A stretch of DNA of 64,000 nt from the human T2T-CHM13v2.0 reference genome, Homo sapiens: NCBI RefSeq assembly GCF_009914755.1, contig NC_060925.1; one strand, 5' to 3'. Positions 55,901 to 64,000 of this stretch are shown here, in pieces. Made by a program: the position numbers and the translations under genes. Below the pieces are notes generated by a model. The model made no database searches. It had not been told where the DNA came from and saw nothing but the letters and a program-made list of their open reading frames with translations. Numbering within the stretch: the stretch's first letter is position 1; every line of letters starts with the position of its first letter.

Positions 55901-58900
55901 TCCATGATGATTCCTTTTGATTCCATTCGCTGATGATTCCATTCGATTCCATTCAGTGGAGGATTCCATTCAATTCCATTCAATGATGACTGCTTTTGGC
56001 TTCGATTTGATGATGATTCGAATGGATTCCATTTGATTTCTCCATTCGATTACATTCATTGATGATTCCGTTCGCTCCCAATACATTATTATTCCATTAG
56101 ATTCCATTCGATGATGATTCCATTCGATACCATTCGATGACGATTCCATTCGATCCCATTCAATGATGATTCCATTCGATTCCATTCGACTCCATTCGAC
56201 GATTATTCCATTCGAGTTAATTCAATAACTCCATTCGATACCATTTGATGATGATTTCATTCGAGTCCATTCATTGATTCCATTCCAGTCCATTTCATGA
56301 TTCCTTTCAATTCCTTTTGATGATGATTACATTCTAGTCCATTCAATGATTCCATTTGATTCCATTCGTTGATGATTCCATTCGAGGGCATTCGATGATT
56401 CCATTAGATTTCATTTGATGATGATGCCATTTGATTGCATTTGATGATTCCATTCTATTCCATTTGATGATGATTCCATTCGAGTCCATTCGATGATTCC
56501 ATTCGATTCCATTCGATGATGATTCCACTTAAGTCCATTCGATGATTCCATTCGTGTCCATTCTATGATTCCATTGGATTCCATTCGATGATGATTCCAT
56601 TTGATGCCATTCGATGATTCCATTCGATTCCATTCAAGATTGATTCCACTCGTGTCCATTCGATGATTGCATTCGATTCCATTTGATGATGATTCAATTC
56701 GTGTCCATTCCATGACTCTATTCAATTCCATTCGATGATGAATCCCTTCGAATCCATTCAATGATTCCATTCAATTACCATCGATGATTTTCTGTGATCC
56801 CATTCTATGATTCCCTTCGATTCCATTCGATGATCATTCCATTCGATTTAATTCACTGATTCCATTGGATTCCATTCGATGTTGATTCCATTAGATTCAA
56901 TTCAATGATGATTCCATTCCATTCCATTCGTTTATGATTTCATTCGATTCAATTCGATGATGACTGCATTCCGTTCTATTTCATGATGATTCTATTTAGT
57001 TTCATTCGATGATTATTCCATTAGATTCCATTCGATGATTCCATTCGATTACATTTGTTGATGATTCCATTCGATTCCATTTGATGATGATTCCATTTGA
57101 TTCCATTCAATGATGATTCCATTCTATTTCATTCGATAATGATTTTATTTGATTCCATTAGATGATGATTCCATTCGATTCCATTCGATGATGATTCCAT
57201 TCGAGTCCATTCGATGGTTCCATTCCATTCCATTCGATGATAATAACATTCGAGTCCATTTGATGGTTCCATTCAATTCTATTCGATGGTAATTCCATTC
57301 ATGTCCATTCAATGATACCTTTCAATTGCATTCAATGATGAGTGCTTTCGAGTCCATTTGATGATAGCATTCGAGTCCATTTGATTATTCCATTCAATTC
57401 CATTGAAAGTTGATTCAATTCTAGTCCAATTGATAATTCCATTCAATTCCATTCTCCAATGATTCCTCTCGAGTGCATTCAATGATTCCATTCAATTCCA
57501 GTCGATGATGATTCCATTCGATTCCATTCCCTGATGATTGCATTCGAATCCATTCGATGATTCCCTTCGATTCCATTCAAAGTTGATTCCATTCGAGTCC
57601 GTTCGATTATTCCATTCAATTCCATTCTCCGATGATTTCTTTCAAGTCCATTCGATGATTCCATTCAATTCCAGTCGATTATGATCCCATTTGATTCCAT
57701 TCAATATTTTCATTCAAGTCCATTCGATGATGATTCCATTCAATTCCATTTGATGATTCCATTAGATTCCATTTGATGATTATTGCTTTTGTGTGCATTC
57801 GATGATTCCATTCGAGTCCATTTGATGATTCCATTTGATTCCATTCGATGATCACTACATTCAGTTCCATTCAATGATGATTCCAACAGATTCCATTTGG
57901 TGACTCCATTCGATTCTATTCATTGATGATTCCATTTGATTCCATTCGATGATGATTCTGTTAGATTCAATTCCATGATGATTCCATTCGATTCCATTCG
58001 ATGATGATTCCATTAGATTCCATTTGATGATGATTCCATTCAATTCCATTCGATGATGATTCCATTTGATTTCATTTGATGATTCTATTTGATTCCATTC
58101 TATGATGATTCCCTTCTATTCCATTCAATGACTCCATTCGATTCCATTCAATGATGATTCCATTTGAATCCATTCGATAATTCCTTTCAATTCCATTTGA
58201 TGATGATTCCATTCGAGTCCATTCGATGATTCCATTTTATTTCATTCGATGATGATTCTATTCAATTACATTCAATGATTCCATTCTATTCCATTCAGTG
58301 ATGATTCCATTTGAGTCAAATCAATGATTCCATTCGAGTCCATTTAGTGATTCCATTGGGTTCAATTCGATGATGATTACATTTTATTCCATTCGATGAT
58401 TCCATTTGTTTCCATTCATTGATGATTCCATTTGACTCCTTTTAATGATGATTCCTTTTGATTTCATTTGTTGATGATTCCATTCATTTCCATTCGATGA
58501 TGATTCCATTCGATTCCATTTCATGATGATTTCTTTCGATTCCATTCAATCATGATTCAATTCCATTTCATTCGATGATTCTATTCGATTCCATTCGGTG
58601 ATAATTCAATTCTATTGCATTCGAGGATTTCATTCGATTCCATTCGATGTTGATTCCATTCTATTCCATTTGATGATGATTCCATTCAATTGCAATCTAT
58701 GATGATTCCATTTGTGTCCATTCAAATATTCCGTTCAATTCCATTCGATGATGGTTCCTTTGGTGTCCATTCGTTGATTCCATTCCATTCCATTCGATGA
58801 TGATTCTATTCAATCCCATTCGATGATGATTCCTTTCGTTTCCATTTAATGATGATTCCGTTTGATTGCTTTTGATCGTTCTATTTGATTCCATTCGAAG

Positions 58901-61900
58901 ATGAGTCCATTCTATTACATTCAATGATTCCATTCGATTCCATTCAATGATGATTCTATTCGATTACTTTTGATGATGATTCCATTCTATTCCATTAGAT
59001 GTTGATTCCATTCGTGTCCATTCGATGTTTCCATTCGATTCCATTCAACGACGATTCCATTTGAGTCCATTAGATCATTCCATTCTATTCTATTCGATGA
59101 TGATTCCATTTGATGCAATTCGATGTTTCCATTCGATTTCATTCAATGATGATTCCATTCTAATCGGTTTGATGATTCCATTCCATTCCATTTGGTGAGG
59201 ATTCCATTCAAATCTCTTCAATGATTCCATTCGATTCCATTCAATGATGATTCCATATGAGTCCATTAGATGATTCCATTCAATTCCAATGGATGATGAT
59301 TCCATTTGGGTCTACTAAATGATTCCATTTGATTCCATTCAATGATATTTCCATTCGAGTCCATTCGATGATTGCACTCGTTTCCATACGATGAAGATTC
59401 CATTTGATTCCATTTGATGATTCCATTCTATTCCATTCGATGATGATTCCATTCGGTTACACTTGATGATTCCTTTCTATTCCATTTTATGATGATTCCA
59501 TTGGGTTACATTAGATGATTCCATTTGATTCCATTCCATGATGATTCTATTCGTGTCCATTACATGATTGCATTAGATTCCATTTGATGATGATTCCCTT
59601 CTATTCAATTCAATGATGATTCCATTCGGGTCCATTAGATGATTCCATTCTATTCCATTCGATGATGATTCCATTCTATTCCATTCAAAGATGATTTTAT
59701 TTGGGTCCTTTAGATGTTTCCATTTGACTCCATTTGATGATGATTCCATTCTATTCCATTCAAAGATGATTCCATTCGGGTCCATTAGATGACTCCATTC
59801 AATTCCATTCGATGATGATGGCATTCTATTCCATTCGATGATAATTCCATTCACGTCCATTAGATGATTCCATTCGGGTCCATTCGATGATTCCATTCTA
59901 CTCCATTCAATGATGATTCCATTCAAGTCCATTCGATGATTCTATTAGAGTCCATTAAATGATTGCTTTTGATTCCATTCGATGATGATTCCATACCATT
60001 CCATTCGAGGATGATTCCATTCGATACCATACTATGATTCCTTTCGATTCCATTTGATGTTGATTCCATTCGATTTCCTTTGATGATTCTATTTGAATCC
60101 ATTCGATGATGGTTCCTTTTGATTCCATTCTATGATTCCATTTTATTACATTTGATGATGATTCCATTTGATTCCATTAGATGATTCCTTTCGATTCCAT
60201 TTGATGATGAATCCATTCGAGTCTATTCGATGATTCCTTTCCATTCTATTCGATGATGATTCCATGCGAGTCCATTCAATGGTGATTCCATTCGTTTCCA
60301 TTCGAAGATTCCTTTCGATTCCATTTGATGATGATTGCATTCGATTCCATTCGATGATTCCATTTGATTCCATTCCAAGATGATTTCATTTGATTCCATT
60401 CTATGATGATTCCATTCGAGTCCTTTTGATGATTCCATTAGAGGCCATTTGATGATTCCATTTGGTTCCATTTGATGATGATTCCATTGTATTCCATTCG
60501 TTGATGATTCCAATTGATACAGTTCGATGATGATTCCATTCAATTGCATTCGATGATGATTCCATTCAGTTCCATTCGTTGATTCCATTCGATTTCATTC
60601 GACGATGTTTCCATTTGATTCCATTCAATGTTTCCTTTAGATTCTATTTAATGATTATTCCATTCGAGTCCATTCAATGGTGATTCCATTCTATTGAATT
60701 CTATGTTTCCATTCGATTCCATTTGATGATGATTAGATTCCATTCGATGATTCCATTTGATTTTATTCAAAGATGATTCCCTTCGATTCCATTCGATAAT
60801 TCCATTTGATTCCATTTGATGATTCCAATGGATTCCATTTGATGATGATCCCATTCGAGTCCGTTCGATGATTCCATTCAATTCCATTTGATGATTATTC
60901 CATTCGTGTCCATTCCATGATTCCATTCCATTCCATTTGATGATGATTCTATTCAATTCCATTCCATAATGATTCCATTCGATTCCATTCAATGATGATT
61001 CCATTTGATTTCATTCAATGATTCTATTTGATTCCATTCAAAGATGATTCCCTTCTATTCCATTCAATGATTACATTCGATTTCATTCGATGATGATTCC
61101 ATTCTAATCCATTTGATGATTACATTCCATTACATTCGATGATGATTCCATTCGAGTCCAGTCGATGACTCCATTCGATTCCATTAGATGATGATCCCAT
61201 TCGAGTCCATTCAATGATTCAATGCGATTTCATTCCATAATAATTACATTCGATTCTATTCGATGATTCCTTTCCATTCCATTTGATGATGATTCCTTTC
61301 AAGTCCATTTGATGATTCCATTCAATTCTATTCGTTGATGATTCCATTCGAGTGCATTCAATGATTCCATTTGATTACATGAGGATGATTCAATTCGATT
61401 CCATTCGATGATTCCATTTGATTCCATGAACTGATGATTGCATTAGAGTCCATTCAATGATTCCATTTGATTTCATTCGATGATGATTACCTTCGAATCC
61501 ATTTGATCATTCTGTTTGAATCCACTTGATGATTGCTTTCAATCATATTCGATGATGATTCCATTCGTGTCCATTAAATGATTCCCTTCAATTCCATTCG
61601 ATGATGACTCCATTTGGGTCCATTCGATTATTCCTTTCAGTTCTATTCGATGATGATTCCATTCGATTCCATTCAGTGGTGATTCCATTCAATTCCATTT
61701 GATGGTTCCATTTGATTCCATTTGATGATAATTGCTTTATATTCCATTCAATGATTCCATTCGATTTTATTCAAAGATGATTCCATTTGATTCCATTCGA
61801 TATTTCCATTCGATTCCATTAGATGATTCCATTGGATTCCATTTCATGATGATTCCATTCGCGTCCGTATGATGATTCCATTCAATTCCATTCGATGATT

Positions 61901-64000
61901 ATTCCATTTGATGATGATTCCATTTGCGTCCATTTGATGATTCCATTCAATTCTGTTCGATGACTATTCCATTTGAGTCCATTCAATGATTCCATTCGAT
62001 TCCATTCGATAATGATTCTGCTCGAGTCCTTTGGATGATTTGATTTGAGTCCATTTGATTATTCCATTAGATTCCATTCGATGATGATTCTATTAGATGG
62101 CTTTCAATGATTCAACGATGATTCCATTCGTGTCTATTCGATGATTCCATTCAATTCCATTTGATGATGATTCCATTCGAATCCCTTTGATGATTCCACT
62201 CGATTCCATTTGATGATGACTCTATTCGAATCCATTTGATGATTCCACTTGATTCCATTAAATGTCTCCGTTCAATCCCATTCAATGATTCCCTTCGATT
62301 CCATTAGATGATCATTCCATTTGATTCAATTCAGTGATTCCATTCGATTCCATTTAATGATGATTCCATTTGAGTCCATTCGATGATTCCTTTCAATTCC
62401 ATTCATTGGTTATTCCATTCATATCCATTTGATGATTCCTTTCGACTCCCTTCGATGATTCTGTTCGATCCCATTCGATGATTCTCTTTGATTCCATTCG
62501 ATTATCATTCCATTCTATTCAATTCGGTGATTCCATTCGATTCCATTCAATGATGATTCCATTCAATTCGATTCGATTATGATTGCATTCAATTGCATTC
62601 GATGATGACTACGTTTGGTTCCATTTGATGATGATTCATTCGGTTCCATTCGATGATGATTCCATTTGGTTCCATTCGATGATTCCATTCGATTACATTT
62701 GTTGAGAATCCCATTCGATTCCACTAAGTGATGATTCCATTCAATTTCATTCAATAATGATTCCGTTTGATTCCATTTGATGACGATTCCATTTGATATC
62801 ATTCGATGATTCTATTTGATTCCATTCGATGATGATTCCATTCTATTCCATTCGATGACTCCATTTGATTCCATTTGATGATGATTCTTTTCAATTGCAT
62901 TTGATGATGATTTTATTCGATTCTATTCGATGATGATTCCATTCGAGTCTTTTCAGTGATTCCATTCGATTCAATTCTATGATGATTCCATTCAAGTCCA
63001 TTCGATGATTCCGTTTGATTTCATTCGATGATGATTCCATTTATTCCATTCGATGATTCCATTCTATTCCATTTGATGGTTATTCCATTTGAGTCGAATC
63101 GATGATTCCATTCGAGTCCATTGAATGATTCTATTGGGTTCAATTTGATAATGATTACATTTTATTCCATTCAATGATTCCATTTGTTTCCATTCATTGA
63201 TGGTTCCATTCGATTCCTTGCAGTGATGATTCCTTTCGATTTATTTCATTGATGATTCTCTTCGGTTCCATTTGATGATGATTCCATTTGATTCCATTTG
63301 ATGATGATTTCATTCGATTCCATTCAATGATGATTCCATTCCATTTCATTCGATGATTCTATTCGATTCCATTCGATGATGATTCCTTTTGATTCCATTT
63401 GATGATGAATCCATTCGATTGCACTCAATGATGATTCCATTTGAGTCCATTCGAAGATTCCATTCGGTTCCATTCGATGATGGATCCATTGGTGTCCATT
63501 CAGTGATTACATTCAATTCCATTGGATGATGATTCTATTCAATTTCATTCGATGATGATTCTAATCGTTTCCATTCAATGATGATTCCATTCTGTTGCAT
63601 TTGATTATTCTATTTGATGCCATTCGAAGATGAATCCATTCTATTCCATTCGATGATTCCATTCGATTCCATTCGATGATGTTTCTATTCGATCACATTT
63701 GATGATGAATCCATTCGATGATGATCCTATTCGATTACATTTGATGATGAATCCATTCGAATCCATTCAATGATGATTCCATTTATGTCCCTTCGATGTT
63801 TCCATTTGATTCCATTCAACGACAATTCCTTTCAAGTCCATTAGATCATTCCATTCGATTCCATTCAATGATGATTCCATTTGATGTCGTTTGATGATTC
63901 CATTTGATTTCATTCTATGATGATTCCATTCTAATCCATTTGATGATTCCATTGCATTCCATTCGATGATGATTCCATTTGAGTCCATTTGATGATTCCA
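40926..64000 (+). repeat. Human satellite II (HSat2/HSATII), diverged array edge
   Basis: Continuous CATTCGATTC / CATTCGATGATGATTC / CATTCGAGTC 23- and 26-bp units. Frequent CG>TG/CA variants. CATTC strand on + throughout. Runs off the end of the window. Confidence 0.98.

Noticed and set aside
40806-63988. Many MESNGIIEW-type ORFs, including the HSat2-L1 junction ORF
   Set aside because: Standard translation of the HSat2 GAATG strand. Short, present in all frames and repeatedly interrupted.
40926-64000. CRISPR-like array
   Set aside because: No constant repeat with unique spacers, no cas genes, and a primate satellite context.

Overview
Primate (human or great-ape) pericentromeric DNA, not microbial. 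(i) 1-~4.4 kb: an unprocessed, 5'-only copy of KSR1 (eroded CpG island, coding exon 1 at 1388-1618 with the first ATG lost, intact GT donor, then intron-like DNA), i.e. a KSR1P1-type segmental-duplication fragment. (ii) ~4.4-7.4 kb: a 3-kb GAAAT/GAT simple satellite with an internal ~1.2-1.3-kb higher-order duplication. (iii) ~7.4-40.9 kb: an AT-rich block with no recognisable gene, made of old interspersed repeats (Alu J/S, L1M, L2, Tigger, MER20, MaLR/ERV1/ERVL LTRs) and a GA-rich tract. (iv) ~40.93 kb to the end: about 23 kb of diverged human satellite II (CATTC strand on +, no inversion seen) with local 49-bp, ~551-bp and ~4.77-kb duplications. I found no intact protein-coding gene, RNA gene or CRISPR array and no convincing new biological system. 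The best leads are a possible KSR1-derived micro-ORF and several structural observations on satellite evolution. Repeat family names and KSR1 comparisons come from recalled consensus sequences, not database searches. Repeat boundaries without target-site duplications (TSDs) are approximate. The chromosome cannot be assigned from the sequence alone.
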